Shown here one piece after another: positions 30,390 through 42,040 of a stretch of DNA of 64,000 nucleotides. This DNA is from Candidatus Poribacteria bacterium. GTDB taxonomy: Bacteria; Poribacteria; WGA-4E; PCPOR2b. Below the pieces are notes generated by a model. The model did not search any database and was not told where the DNA came from. It was given only the letters and a program-made list of their open reading frames with translations. The DNA is taken from contig OZ244587.1 in NCBI GenBank assembly GCA_965218095.1, forward strand, positions 2,304,001 through 2,368,000, given 5' to 3'. Within the stretch, counting starts at the first letter, position 1. The number at the start of each line of letters is the position of its first letter. The translations under genes were made by a program, and so were the position numbers.

Positions 30390-31453
30390 CAGGCGTATCG
30401 TTCACGGAGCAACTCTGCTGCCTGACACATCGCCTTGAGCTTCAGATACGCTTCGTCTAGATCCATGGGGTTCTGAACCGACGGCGAGAATCCACAATCC
30501 GGATGCAGTGTAATACGTTCTTTTTCCACATACCGCATGGCTTCCTCCACCCGTGTGACCACATCCTCCGGCGTTTCCACCTGCCGGTTGCAATGGTCGA
30601 TGCACCCGAGACCCAATCGCACATTCTCAGGGAATTGGGCGAGCGACGCCAAACCACCGGCGACAGGGGTGGCGTATTCCATTGAGATCGTACCGACCCG
30701 CACCTTTGCCAGCGCTGGCATAATCAGGCCGTAGGGACCTTCAGTGCCGTGCTTGTGGTCGAAGTGCGCGTGGCACAGATGCATCCCTGTCGCAATGCCT
30801 TCGATTCCGTCCAGCGTTTGGTTAATCAGATCTACACACAGATCCATCTCGTACTGCACGTCAGTAACACCCTCCCTCTCACGAAAGCTGGGATCAACCA
30901 TTGTGCTGAGCCATGGCTCGTCGAGCTGCACCGTGTCCGCGCCGGCTTCGCGGATTAACTTAATTTCCTGCCGCAGGATGGGCACACAATCAGCCATCAG
31001 TTTTTCGCGGGTGGGGTACGCCGCTTTTGAGTGTTCCGGATACCACATCCGCCGGCCAATGATGTAGGGGGCAGGCAAGGTTGCCTTGATGCGTTGTTGG
31101 GTACGCGACCGGATGTAACGAATTTCCTCAACCACCAGGGGGCGGTGATATTCGATCGGCGCCACTACAGCCGGGTAGGGTAATCCACCGCTGGGATTGA
31201 GATCGGGGTGAAATCCCCGCACGCGCTCGGCAAAGACCTTGACGTAACTTTCTCGACGCCATTCACCATCGGTGAGCTCGTCCAATCCTGCTTGCTCTTG
31301 CAGCCGCAGAATCGATTCGATGGCCGGGTCGAGCAGGCGGTCGGTTTCTTCGTCGGAAATCTGCCCATTCTTGCGGTCCAGAATGAGCTCCCGCACCCAG
31401 GCCAGTCGGGGCAGGCTACCGATGACAGTCGTGGGAAACAGTGTGTTTGTCAT
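30389..31453 (-). CDS. Cobalamin-independent methionine synthase II family
   Basis: TTVIGSLPR, TDGEWRR, QLDEP, HLC, PDCGF. Confidence 0.9.
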   Translation of the reverse strand: MTNTLFPTTVIGSLPRLAWVRELILDRKNGQISDEETDRLLDPAIESILRLQEQAGLDELTDGEWRRESYVKVFAERVRGFHPDLNPSGGLPYPAVVAPIEYHRPLVVEEIRYIRSRTQQRIKATLPAPYIIGRRMWYPEHSKAAYPTREKLMADCVPILRQEIKLIREAGADTVQLDEPWLSTMVDPSFREREGVTDVQYEMDLCVDLINQTLDGIEGIATGMHLCHAHFDHKHGTEGPYGLIMPALAKVRVGTISMEYATPVAGGLASLAQFPENVRLGLGCIDHCNRQVETPEDVVTRVEEAMRYVEKERITLHPDCGFSPSVQNPMDLDEAYLKLKAMCQAAELLRERYA

Positions 31454-31544
31454 GATAAGTTTTCCTCTTCTTAAATCTTATATCAATAGGGATTACGCAG
31501 TCATCCCAATCATTTCGCAATTCATCTGCCTCTTGCATCCTGTT

Positions 31545-32749
31545 GTCTAACGATACAGTAATGGCATCAAAAAACGGACTGCTTCCCGTCCCGGTTGGAT
31601 CAATCTGCGTGGTGGGAAGTGAAAAATCGAAGCCCAAAATGGGCTCGGCGGCAATAATGGGAAAACTCTGTTCAAGGGTCGCGATAAAGAGTCCGTCGGC
31701 GAATTGCCCGGTCTTGAACTCTGCAACATTATTCCCGCCAACGTCCGTGACAAAGATAAAAGGGGACGGGGAGAGCGGCGTGTCGAACTCATCAAACGCT
31801 GGGACCATCCAGCCGGTGAGATCACCTGTCGCAAAGTCACCGTTGACAACACTGCTGGCGAGGACATTCCCCGCCCCAAAAGTACAAAGAACACCGATTA
31901 GGTTCTGTTGACATTTCAACGGAGCCATATAAGAGTGGAGACAAAGCTGAGAAATCCAAAATAACGGACAGCTAGCTTCTCAAACCGAGAGAAGATACGA
32001 CGATACCATTTTATCTTGTTAATGAAACATTCAACCCGATGTCTCTCTTTGTATAAGTGTTTGTCATACGTTCTTTGGTCGAGACGATGACTTTTTGGCG
32101 GTATCACCGCAATCGCTCCATTCGCCTCAATAACCGCGATAAAAGCGTCCGAATCGTACCCCTTGTCTCCAATCACATATTCACTGTTATATCCGATTAT
32201 CAACCCTTCCGCCTCAGTTATGTCATGTCTCTGACCGGGTGTCAGATGAATTCTTAGGGGATTGCCTAGTCCGTTAACTGTGATGTGAATTTTTGTACTG
32301 AAACCGCCCCGAGAGCGACCTAATGCTTGGTTTTCAGTGCCACCGTTTTTTTAAGGCGCCCGCCGCAGACGGGTGAGCGCGGCAGATGGTACTGTCCACA
32401 ATAAGCGACTTGATATCGGGGTCAGAGGCGAAGTGGTGGTGCATCTGTGTGAAGATACCTTTGTCGCACCATCGAGCAAACCGCTTGTAGCGGGTGTTCG
32501 ATTTGCCATAGGTGTCTGGTAGAAGTCTCCATTGAGCGCTGCTACGAGTCACCCACAGAACTGCTTCGACGAAGCGGCGTGTAGCAGCTTCGTCGCCAAC
32601 ATAGATGGTGGGACAGCTTAGAAGAAACTGGTATATCTTATTCCATTGTTCATCAGGTAAGGTTATTGGCGTCATTCTTCTATTATGCCACAACCTTATA
32701 CTCAAATGTCAACAGAACCTAGTAGAATCAGCCAAAAATCGCGTCGCAT
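31545..32749 (-). pseudogene. Secreted protein split by an IS in its signal peptide and truncated at the 3' end
   Basis: Removing the IS and one TA restores MRRDFWLILL-IGVLCTFGAGNVLA-SSVVNGDFATGDLTGW. Confidence 0.65.
31901..32719 (-). mobile_element. IS5-family (IS427-like) element with two ORFs and an A7 slippery site; the most intact copy
   Basis: Perfect 15-bp TIRs, TA duplication, orfA 32334-32705, orfB ending at 31916. Confidence 0.95.
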
Positions 32750-33190
32750 TTTTTTATTTTCCTTTCATGCATGAGTGCGCGTCTTAGCCCGCCGGATGGC
32801 AATGTTAGCGGCGGCTGTTTTTTGTGGAAATCGATTGGCTTTGGAGTTGATAGTTTCAGATAGTCGAAAACAACGGCTGGAAATGCCGTTCATCAGGCAG
32901 AAAGGCGACGGAAAACAACAGTTGGCAGGAACGATGGAGAGGCGTCTCAATAGCGCTTTCGGTTACTCCTACTGTTCTTGAATGTGTTGATTGAACAATT
33001 TCTGGCCTCACTTTCTCAATTTGAACTGCCTTATATTATAGCACAATTTCGCCAGGAATACCATCAGGCAAAACCTAATTTTTACGTAGGGGATACCCCT
33101 ACGTTGAAGCGGTATGCACAAAATCATTAACCGATAGAAACCAAGCTGTGTCTTTCATCCTATTGACGATGATGCGCCTTAAAAATAAAT

Positions 33191-33222
33191 ACCTTGCGAA
33201 GGTTTGGAACCTTCGCAAGGTT
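33191..33222. repeat. REP-like double palindrome
   Basis: Matches 10152-10184. Confidence 0.8.
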
Positions 33223-33977
33223 CTGTTTATTCTTTTCCACAGCATCCATTAATTTGACTTTGGTACAATTCGCCCCCCGGCCCCCAATTCTAGAGGAGTT
33301 GAACCATTCTCTCGAAGGGTTTTCCTGTCTAATTGGTGCGTCCCGAAAGCCTTGAACTGAAGTTCAGAGCCTGCTCCGATCTATCGGAGTTTCTAGCGAA
33401 GCGAGATCCCGCACAGCGGGGCTCAAAGCTGAATCCACTCTTTGCACTATATACAAACCTTCATCGAATTTAAGAAATGAAGCACTCGTCGTCTTAATTC
33501 CGCTCCACACAATCTTGACACTGTTAGCGCAGAAACCATGCCGAAGTGGATTTCCATGACGAAACAGCGACGCAAACCCGCACTACACCTAGCCAAACGC
33601 AGAAAATAAGGAAAAAACGAAACAGGAAGGGTAAAGAGAGGTAGGAACTTATCGATGAGACTTTCTTGAATTGACGTAGCTTGGAGGCACCTATCAAAGT
33701 GATAAAGATTCTTATCGAAGTGATAAGCGATGTCTCCAGAGAAAGACAATCTGGGACAACGCCGGGATTTGTTGCGACGAAAATCTTGCTCTCACTCCAC
33801 AAAACTGCTATAATTCCACCACAAGAAGGCGTTTATCAGTACATAAGATTCAAATAACATGCCTCGACACCTGACACTCTTGTAGTTGCAAACTTTGGCA
33901 CTGAGCGGATTCAAGCCGAAATTCGTAAAGATCCAATCTGATAATGCGAAAGGTCGGTCATAATTAGAGACATCCAA

Positions 33978-34478
33978 ATGAAAACTCCCAAAACGAAGAT
34001 CACCAATATACTTGATACGCACAGAATTCCCTATCGTTTGTTACCACACAATGAACCCGTTTTCACTGTTGAGGCGGCAGCCAGGCAACGCGGTGTAGTC
34101 ATGGAAGAGATGGTCAAATCGATTTTATTGCGTGACAAAGATGAACATTATGTCATGGCATGCATCATAGGAAATGCACGACTCAACCCGAAGGCTGTGC
34201 GTGTGCACCTGCCCAAAGAATGGAGGCGACTGAGTTTCGCGACGGCAGAGGAGATCTTGACCGTCACTGGCTGCGTTCAGGGAGCCGTCGCGCCACTGGG
34301 ATTGCCTGACAATGTGCCAGTTATTTTTGATGAGGCGATTGCACGCTGCACAAAAGTGAATATTAGCGGTGGTGATCCAATGGTGGGTCTGGAACTTGAC
34401 ACACAAGACTTAATAAGGGTAGCCGGTGCACGCCTTGCGCCAATCTCAGAATTTGAGAAAAATGTAAATGATGGGTGA
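33978..34478 (+). CDS. YbaK/EbsC aminoacyl-tRNA deacylase family
   Basis: TVEAAA, MVKSILL, TG...GAVAPLG, ISGG. Confidence 0.88.
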   Translation: MKTPKTKITNILDTHRIPYRLLPHNEPVFTVEAAARQRGVVMEEMVKSILLRDKDEHYVMACIIGNARLNPKAVRVHLPKEWRRLSFATAEEILTVTGCVQGAVAPLGLPDNVPVIFDEAIARCTKVNISGGDPMVGLELDTQDLIRVAGARLAPISEFEKNVNDG

Positions 34479-34924
34479 TTTTACGAACCGCAAAAAGGGG
34501 CATTTCCCAGCCGCTGAGAACCAGGGCGATAGAGCACCGACCCTGCCTCAAACGAATCGGCGCCGGTAGTCATATTGACTATCGGTGCTTTTTTTATTTG
34601 TGCAACCTATTTTTCTTGTTTGGCGAGTGAAAGTTTGGTAAGATAAGGGTTGATTCCCGATAATTTCGCGGCGAAATCGACAATTTTAGTTGTGCCCGTT
34701 TTCCATCAACCAGGAGGCGATCTTGAAAAAGGTTATGGGGTATTGTGAGGGTAAAGGGTTCAAAAAACTGAATAAAGAACTGTTAGATAGGATTGTTCCA
34801 GGCATCTCACTAGATTTAGCGGAAGAAGGTGAAGTGACCGTATACAATTGTCTGTTTGTAGATACTTACTATTAACCGGAAGCTCTTGATTGCGGAAGCA
34901 ACCCGAACAGGACTGGAGTTAATC

Positions 34925-35896
34925 ATGAAAAAGCTACTGATTGTCGGGCCGGGCGGACTCGGCGGCACAATTGCCGCCCTTTTAGCCCGAAGAGGGGAAT
35001 GTGATGTTACCATCGTTGGTCGTCCGGGAGCCCATATTGATACGATTCAGAGGAACGGTCTCCGTCTGACAGGGCTTAAGGAATTTACCGTCCAAATTGA
35101 TGCGATTGATGATGCGAAAAGCATCCAAGAATGCGATATCCTCATCTACACCGTGAAAGCCCAGGACACACAAGCAGCGCTGACGATTACAAAGGATATA
35201 CATGTCCGCAACTTTGTTGCGTCTCTGCAGAATGGCGTGATAAAAGACGAAATGTTGGCCAGCACCTTCGGAAAGGAGAAAGTGCTCGGGGCCCTGGCTG
35301 TTGTGGCGGGAGAGCGTCCAGCGCCGGGAATCGTGAATTGGACGTACGATGGCGGCACACAATTTGGCGAACTGGAGGGCCAAACGTCAGGACGTGTGGA
35401 TGAAATCGTGGATATTTTTCAACAGGCCGGGCTCATCACGCAATCCTCCGACGCTATTCTGTCCGCCACATGGTCAAAAATGGTCGGTTGGATACCCATC
35501 GGACTGCTTGCGACTCTGTCGAGACAGAGTAATGCAGGCGTTCTCTCGAACAGACTGCTTGCTACAGAGTATGTCGGAATGGTCCGCGAACTTAACGGTC
35601 TGGCTGCGGCGAAAGGAATCCCCTTAACTAATCTCGGTCCCTACCATGTCAAAACGTGGTGTCAGGGAACCGCAGAAGCGGCAATCGAAAAGATAATGAC
35701 ATCACCTTTAGCGAGCAGCCAATCAACCCACTCTGCTCTCCAGGATATACAGAAAGGCCAGACTACGGAATTCCAAGCGTGTGTCGGTCCCATGCTCAAG
35801 GAGGCGAGGGAGCATTCAATCCCCATGAAGGGAATACAGATGCTGTATGCCACGCTTATAGGATTAGAGGAAACCCTGAAGCGAGCGTCATACTGA
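34925..35896 (+). CDS. Ketopantoate reductase (PanE/ApbA) family
   Basis: IVGPGGLGG, VKA, LQNG, WSK, SALQDI..G..TE. Confidence 0.85.
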   Translation: MKKLLIVGPGGLGGTIAALLARRGECDVTIVGRPGAHIDTIQRNGLRLTGLKEFTVQIDAIDDAKSIQECDILIYTVKAQDTQAALTITKDIHVRNFVASLQNGVIKDEMLASTFGKEKVLGALAVVAGERPAPGIVNWTYDGGTQFGELEGQTSGRVDEIVDIFQQAGLITQSSDAILSATWSKMVGWIPIGLLATLSRQSNAGVLSNRLLATEYVGMVRELNGLAAAKGIPLTNLGPYHVKTWCQGTAEAAIEKIMTSPLASSQSTHSALQDIQKGQTTEFQACVGPMLKEAREHSIPMKGIQMLYATLIGLEETLKRASY

Positions 35897-35973
35897 ATTC
35901 GGCTTGTTTTTTTCCCCTCTGGGGCGTTTGATAGGGCAATAGGGAAAAGTTCTGCTGCGATGCGCAAGCCACC

Positions 35974-36783
35974 TCAATATCCCCGGCTGTGCATGAACTC
36001 AATCAGGTGCTGACGACGCGGCCCCGCTGTCTTGACCAGATGTTCTGAGAATTGCGTCTGGGTATCGTTCCTGCACCTTGTTTTGTATAGTTCGCCATGG
36101 TGGACGAGCCACTCGACATGCCAATCCTCCGTCGGCTTCGCACCGAAGGTCAGCCCTAAAAAGCGACGACCCGAATGCCCACCCCACGATGAGTGCGCCA
36201 ATTTCTGGTTGAAGAAGAAGATGTCGCCCGGTCGAGTTCTAGTGGGAACTGCGCCGGGGAAGGCAGTCGGCAGCACGCCCGCTGGGGTCAAGGCGTCGGC
36301 GTCAGTTGGGTTTCCCATTGCCATCAAAGCCCGTATCGACTCAGCGTACCCTTTCTTGTGGCTTCCCGGCAGCAACCACAGAGACCCCGGACCTTCGCTG
36401 TGGTCGTCCAGATACATAATCACCTTGAGCATTAGGTATTCGCTCGCCTTGCCCTCTTCCATCGGAATGACCGTATCCTGGTGCCAACGGGAGTTTCCTG
36501 GAGTACGCTGGGCATCTGATGCGACTAGCACGAAGTCCTCACCCATCAAGTTTTCCAGCGTGTCCAGAATCCGAGGGGCGTCGAGGTAATGATGGCAGAA
36601 CCCCTCATGTATGCTGAGTCCCGGATAAGCTATTTGCCTTTCGCCCGCGAAACGTCCACACTGAGCATCGCAGCCCTCGTCAAACCAACGGGAGAACTCT
36701 TCTATCTCCTCTGGGCGAAAGAGTCCCCGTCTGATAATGAATCCGAATGTGTCAAAGTAGACTTTCTCTTGTTCTTGCGTCAT
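35974..36783 (-). CDS. Phytanoyl-CoA dioxygenase family Fe/2OG oxygenase
   Basis: FDTFGF, WHQD, LLPGSH, PGD..FF...LAH, RR. Confidence 0.9.
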   Translation of the reverse strand: MTQEQEKVYFDTFGFIIRRGLFRPEEIEEFSRWFDEGCDAQCGRFAGERQIAYPGLSIHEGFCHHYLDAPRILDTLENLMGEDFVLVASDAQRTPGNSRWHQDTVIPMEEGKASEYLMLKVIMYLDDHSEGPGSLWLLPGSHKKGYAESIRALMAMGNPTDADALTPAGVLPTAFPGAVPTRTRPGDIFFFNQKLAHSSWGGHSGRRFLGLTFGAKPTEDWHVEWLVHHGELYKTRCRNDTQTQFSEHLVKTAGPRRQHLIEFMHSRGY

Positions 36784-36878
36784 TGTGATTTCCTCCTGTT
36801 GTTCTGTACACAACATTTGACAGGTTCATAGTGGCGACTTTAGTCGCTTTTCAACGACTGAAGTCATCACTAAAAAAG

Positions 36879-37062
36879 CAACAAAGTTCTACGTACTCTC
36901 GGCACGCATCACGACAACAAGTAGATTATAGTACACCGACGCTCCCTGCGTCAACAAAGTTCTACGTACTCTCGGCACGCACCACGACAACAAGTAGATT
37001 ATAGTACACCGACGCTCCCTGCGTCAACAAAGTTCTACGTACTCTCGGCGCGCATCACGACA
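36879..37062. repeat. 73-bp tandem repeat (about 2.5 units), each full unit carrying a minus-strand promoter-like sequence
   Basis: Units start at 36879, 36952 and 37025; the minus strand reads TTGACG-18 bp-TATAAT. Confidence 0.9.
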
Positions 37063-37916
37063 GTGGCAGCTTCAAGTTCCCAGGTCTCGTTATAAACGGT
37101 CGGGCGCGGCCGAGGGGGTGGGTAACCGGGTGGCCGGTTGTTCGGGTCGAGCAACTCCAGGCGATCGCGACCGCGAGGTTTATCCAGCCATTCCCGCTCT
37201 GCTTCGGCTACCTCGACTTCCCGCTGCAAGATGAACTCCACGTAATCGAACCCAGAGATGGCGACATGGGCAAGAAACACCCGTTTAACATCACGACCAT
37301 CCCATGTCGCCAGGTCAGGCACAATAACAGGGCCTGTACAGATTTGAAACTCCTCATCCACCGTGTTGAGGTTGATGACGTTTGCGGGATATTCGACTGA
37401 AATCGTAAGCCCTCGCGCTGCGTCACGGTAAGTAGACCGCGCATTGAGTAAGTCATTTCTCAGGGTCGCATCCACGATTTGTCTGACGTCCGTCAATTCG
37501 GAGGGGTTGGGATGCGCCCGCACATCAATTTTGTAATCCTGGAAAGCTTCACTTAGCTTCAAGCTTCTCAGCTTTGCTATCGGCTTTGTTGCCGGGGCGT
37601 CTTCCTGTTCGTCACTCGGTCTCGTCGCAATAGCCAGCCGGGATTCACGGTTGAAAGCCATGCGCCACTCGCCGCTAGGAATCTGGAATAAGTTTCGGGA
37701 CGCAATCGTGTATTCGGTGCGGCACGGCGCTCCCACAAACAGTTCTGCGACATGGCCGCTCGCCTCGTCGCGTACTTCGCACTTCGCTTCGAGATTGAAT
37801 CTGACGTGATAAACCTGGCCGGGCTTTCCTACGAAACCGCCGGTATACCGGTAATACGGGTCTGGCGACCATGGGTACGTTTTCCAGGTAAATGTTGAGC
37901 GTGAAAAATCAATCAT
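37035..37916 (-). CDS. Hypothetical protein
   Basis: 293-aa ORF with taaggag RBS; last gene of the 37-41 kb operon. Confidence 0.7.
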   Translation of the reverse strand: MIDFSRSTFTWKTYPWSPDPYYRYTGGFVGKPGQVYHVRFNLEAKCEVRDEASGHVAELFVGAPCRTEYTIASRNLFQIPSGEWRMAFNRESRLAIATRPSDEQEDAPATKPIAKLRSLKLSEAFQDYKIDVRAHPNPSELTDVRQIVDATLRNDLLNARSTYRDAARGLTISVEYPANVINLNTVDEEFQICTGPVIVPDLATWDGRDVKRVFLAHVAISGFDYVEFILQREVEVAEAEREWLDKPRGRDRLELLDPNNRPPGYPPPRPRPTVYNETWELEAATVVMRAEST

Positions 37917-37983
37917 CGTTCATCTCCTTATTCATAATGGTGACTGGTGAGTGGTAGAGTGGTGAGTGGTGAATCTCCTTGCA

Positions 37984-39157
37984 TCACAAGAGCGGTGTGG
38001 AGCTATCTCTGGTTACATAGCGATGTCCCGGAAAAGGAATGTGTTCTGCGCGGGACGTCACTACATCCATGTCCAGTTCGATACCCAGCCCGGGGTGTTT
38101 GGCTAACTCATTGACATCCACATAGCCCTTGACAATTGGCACCTTCAGACGTTGTGTCTGGTCGAACCAGGGCTGGATGGGACAATGTTCGAGGATGAGG
38201 AAGTTCTGCATCGCCGCGCAGGCGTGGGCACAGGCGGCTAAAGCGATAGGTCCGTAAGGATTGTGCGGTGCCATCAAGATACCGTAAACTTCCGCAAAAT
38301 GCGCGATTTTCATCAACTCGCTGATGCCGCCGGCGTGGCTGATGTCGGCCTGACACACATCGATTGCTTGCCCCTCGAACCACGGGCGGAAATCCCAGCG
38401 GGTGATTAAGCGCTCTCCAACAAGCAATCTTGACGTCAGGAAAATCCCGTTTCAAGCGCAAGGTCGGTTCGACGGTGTCCTGATTGGTTGGCTCCTCGAC
38501 GAACAGCATGTTCAGGGGACGCAAGCCTTCAATCAAGCGGTGCGCCTGCTGCGGGTTAAACATCCCAACCACGTCGATCATCAGCGCCACATTGGGCCCC
38601 AGCACCTCACGGAACCGTGAATGTTCTTTGATTGCTACCTGAACCTGTTTGTCGCCGTCGTAGGGCTGGATCAGCGTCCCCCAGCCGTGCTTGAAGGCGT
38701 CGAAGCCCATTTCGAGGCTGCGTCGGGCGGCGGTGTCTCGGTCGACGCCGTAGAACTCGGGTCCATAGCGAATGTAGCAACGAACCCTTTCGCGAACCTT
38801 CCCTCCCAGCAGTTTGAACACAGGCAATCCCGCTGCCTTGCCGGCGATGTCCCACAGCGCCTGGTCAACCCCGCTCACGGCGCTGGTATGGACGACCCCG
38901 CGCTTCCACCAGAAATCGCGATACCCCAGTTGCCAGATACGCTCAATGTCGGTCGGATCCATTCCAACTAGGCGCGGCTTGAGCTCGGTTTCAACCTGCG
39001 CTTTGACCGCCAGTTCATGATACTTGGTCGTTGCTTCGCCGATGCCGGTGAGCCCTTCATCTGTCTCGACTTCGACGAAGATCCAGTTGCGGCAAAGCCC
39101 CGGCCCATCAGGGCGCGGAATGTTCATGATGTGACATTTAATGTCAGTAATCTTCAT
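37984..39157 (-). pseudogene. Galactonate dehydratase-like enolase, frameshifted near 38425
   Basis: RNWIFVEVETDEGLTGIGE, DQALWDIAGK, FVEEP; GER..QAD..HAGGI..PHNP in a second frame. Confidence 0.85.
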
Positions 39158-39192
39158 TCAATCCCTCCAAACCTTCGCAAGGTTGCGTTCAT

Positions 39193-40057
39193 TCATGACA
39201 CTTTCGGATTGTTGAGCTTAAGACCGATGACGCCGGTATCGTCGAAGCGGTGAACGACCAAATTATCCAGCGAGGCAGCGAGGAGGATGTCGCGGTTGGG
39301 ACCGGCAAAGGCCACATCCGTCGGCCCGCGCAATGCCTCACCCATCTAGTCGTCGCAGAAAAGTTCCATGCGTTTGGACTTCAGGTCGAAGACGTAAATG
39401 GCGTCTGGTCGGCGATATGCAATCCACAATCGCTCTTCGGCGTCAAACGCGATGCCGTCGGGGACGTGGCGCGGCATGTGGACGACACGTTCGAACTCGC
39501 CTGCCGAGCCGTCAGGGTTGATTGCGATGCGTGCGATTGCGGCGCCGAAGGTTTCGACGAAGTAGAGATACTTCTCCTCGGCGTCGAGCGCAATGGCGTT
39601 GGGGGTGTCGACGGGGTCGGGAAACCACAATTCCGGTTCGCCCCCACCGGGCTTAATCTTGTAGATATGGCTGTTAATCGTATGTGACCAGTCGCCGCTG
39701 TCCGACACGTACATAACCCCCTGTCTGTCGAAAACGGGGTAGTTGGTGCACATGAACTCGCTCTCACCAAGACCGGTAGCGTACAAGTTAATCTTCCCAT
39801 CAGGCGTAATTTTCAACACGTCACCGGCGGTGTGCGCCACATACAGATTACCATCGGCATCGACCACCGAGCCGAGACAACGCGCTTCGGTCATGGCGAA
39901 CTGTTCACCCTGGTTCGTGTCTAGATTAATCCGGTACACCTACCTGGTAACCGGTGCCGGTGGTAAACGCTTCACCGTTGGAGCCGACGCCAATTGATTC
40001 GGGGTGATCGACACCGCTGATGTGAACGATTCTTTCTTTGTCGAAGGGTTGGATCAT
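39193..40057 (-). pseudogene. SMP-30/gluconolactonase family with a 4-bp duplication near 39940 and an in-frame TAG at 39346
   Basis: DHPESI, NYPVFD..YVSDSG, PNAIA, PDGIAFD, PTDVAF. Confidence 0.8.
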
Positions 40058-40167
40058 GGGGACATTATCCTTTGAAAATTACTTAATTCACGACGACTCT
40101 GTATCTTGTATCCTGATCACGATTCAAGATGCAGGATGCAGGATGCAGATAGGATGGTACTTGTGCT

Positions 40168-41022
40168 TCACTCCTCTTTTTTGTTATAAAACTCATCCCG
40201 AATCGTGCGCCAATTGTATCGCGGCTTCCAACCCAGCGCCTTTTGCAGCATTGATGCGTTGTATGGACACTGATGTCCATCGAAAGGGGCGCGCAGATCG
40301 GTCACGTCCGGATAGAATTTCTCAAGCAACTGCTTCGTGGGGGATTCGACACATACGTCCTCGGCTGCGACGTTAAATGGCATAAAACCCTGCACATCGG
40401 ACTCCAACCACGCCTGGCACGCCGTTGCAACATCGCGGGCGTCGATGTAACACCACAGCACATCCGCCGCCGACTCGTCCGATTCGGTGTGTTTTTTCAG
40501 CCGCGAATCGAAGGCGCTTTCGTACACGATTCGCCCAAGACGAAACCCGGCGATGGACATGCCGAACCAGCGACAGTAGTCCGCTGCCAATGTTTCCAGC
40601 ATCACCTTCGATGCGCCGTAGATATTCGGAGGAGCCAGCGGAGTTTCCTCGGTGAGCGGCAGATGCCTCAGTTTAAGTGGATACCCGTAGACCTCCATGC
40701 TCGACGCCCAAGCGATCCGCTTGATTCCCAAGTTAGCGCATGCCTGAAAGACGTTGAACCCGCCAACGGTGACGTTGTGAAATGTCTCTGTCCAACTTGA
40801 CCAGGCGGTGGTGGGATAGCTACCGAAGTGGACGACGCCGTCCGCACCAGCAAGCAAATCGTGCAGCCCCGCGCCGTCGAGAATATCGTGCTGCACATAG
40901 CCTGTCGTTGGTCCTGCTGGTTTGACATCAATGCCAAGCACATCGTAACCCGCCCTCCGCAGCACCTTCACAATGCTGGGGCCCGTGCCGCCTTTTGCTC
41001 CCGTGACAACGATTTGTTTCAT
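40168..41022 (-). CDS. NAD-dependent epimerase/dehydratase
   Basis: VVTGAKGGTG, WASS..VYG, YGASK. Confidence 0.9.
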   Translation of the reverse strand: MKQIVVTGAKGGTGPSIVKVLRRAGYDVLGIDVKPAGPTTGYVQHDILDGAGLHDLLAGADGVVHFGSYPTTAWSSWTETFHNVTVGGFNVFQACANLGIKRIAWASSMEVYGYPLKLRHLPLTEETPLAPPNIYGASKVMLETLAADYCRWFGMSIAGFRLGRIVYESAFDSRLKKHTESDESAADVLWCYIDARDVATACQAWLESDVQGFMPFNVAAEDVCVESPTKQLLEKFYPDVTDLRAPFDGHQCPYNASMLQKALGWKPRYNWRTIRDEFYNKKEE

Positions 41023-41256
41023 GAGTTCTCCTTCCAGATTCGATAGTAGAACATGTCCGATTCTCGGACGAGCACTGCCGGCTGTAAGCGTGCGAAATCG
41101 TGTGGGTGGGGAATTACGTTAAAAACCCGCACGGTGCGAGGGTTATGCCGTGAAATTTAGCTTAAATTGACAAATGATAAATTTCACCCAAAACAAAGGT
41201 GGGAAGTGAAAACCAGCGAGTGCAACAAAAAGAAACAAATATAACGACTTGTGCTA

Positions 41257-42040
41257 GGTTCTGTTGACATTTCATCGTAACCAGATAATCGCAGCAACGA
41301 AACTCAGAAACCCCAAATAGCGACCCGCCAACTTATCAAAACGACTGAAGATACGCCTATAGTGCTTGATTTTGTTGATGAAGCATTCCACCCGATGTCT
41401 CTCTCGGTACAGATGCGTATCATAGTCTCGTGACTCACGGCGGTTGATACGGGGACGAATCACTAGCTCTGCACCCATACGGGTTATCAACTGCCCCAAT
41501 GAATCCGCGTCATACGCTGAGTCGGCTATCACATACTCACTGCTATACCCTTCCGCACAAGTCATGGCGTGGCGTTGTCCAGCCGTCAGCGCAAAACGTA
41601 ATGGATTGCCTAAGCCATCAACCGTGATGTGAATTTTGGTTGAAAATCCACCCGCACTACGTCCGAGTGCCTGTGAGGCTTGACCGCCACTTGTTTTCAA
41701 AGCCCCTGCAGCACAGGGGTGAGCGCGGCAGATGGTACTGTCACCATATCTGGGTCGTTGACAAAGTGTTGATGCAGCCGTTGGAAGATGCCTTTATCGC
41801 ACCAGCGAGCGAATCATTTATAGACGCTGTTCCAACTGCCGTACTCTTTTGGTAGGAGTCGCCATTGACTACCACTACAAGTTATCCAAAGCACTGCTTG
41901 GACAAAACGTTTTAAGTTCGCTTGCTGTCCGGTGTAGACATCGGAACAGGTTTGCAGGAATGCTGCTATTTTTGACCATTGATTATCGGATAAGGTAAGT
42001 GTTGACATATCGTTATTATGCCATAAATGTCAACAGAACC
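41257..42040 (-). mobile_element. Divergent IS5-family (IS427-like) element with a premature stop in orfA
   Basis: Same TIRs but diverged interior; WNSVYK then a stop, STKIH, ADSAYD, VECFINKIK. Confidence 0.9.

Noticed and set aside
32765-32950. TnpB-like AAANIA motif
   Set aside because: No RuvC Asp, zinc finger or long ORF; likely a chance match
33447-33960. Short ORFs near REP-like repeats as a RAYT transposase
   Set aside because: No HUH or catalytic Tyr motif; all frames are interrupted
36879-37062. Possible mini-CRISPR array (38-bp repeat with 35-bp spacers)
   Set aside because: The two spacers are identical, the repeat is the 3' end of a gene, and no cas genes are present; it is a tandem duplication
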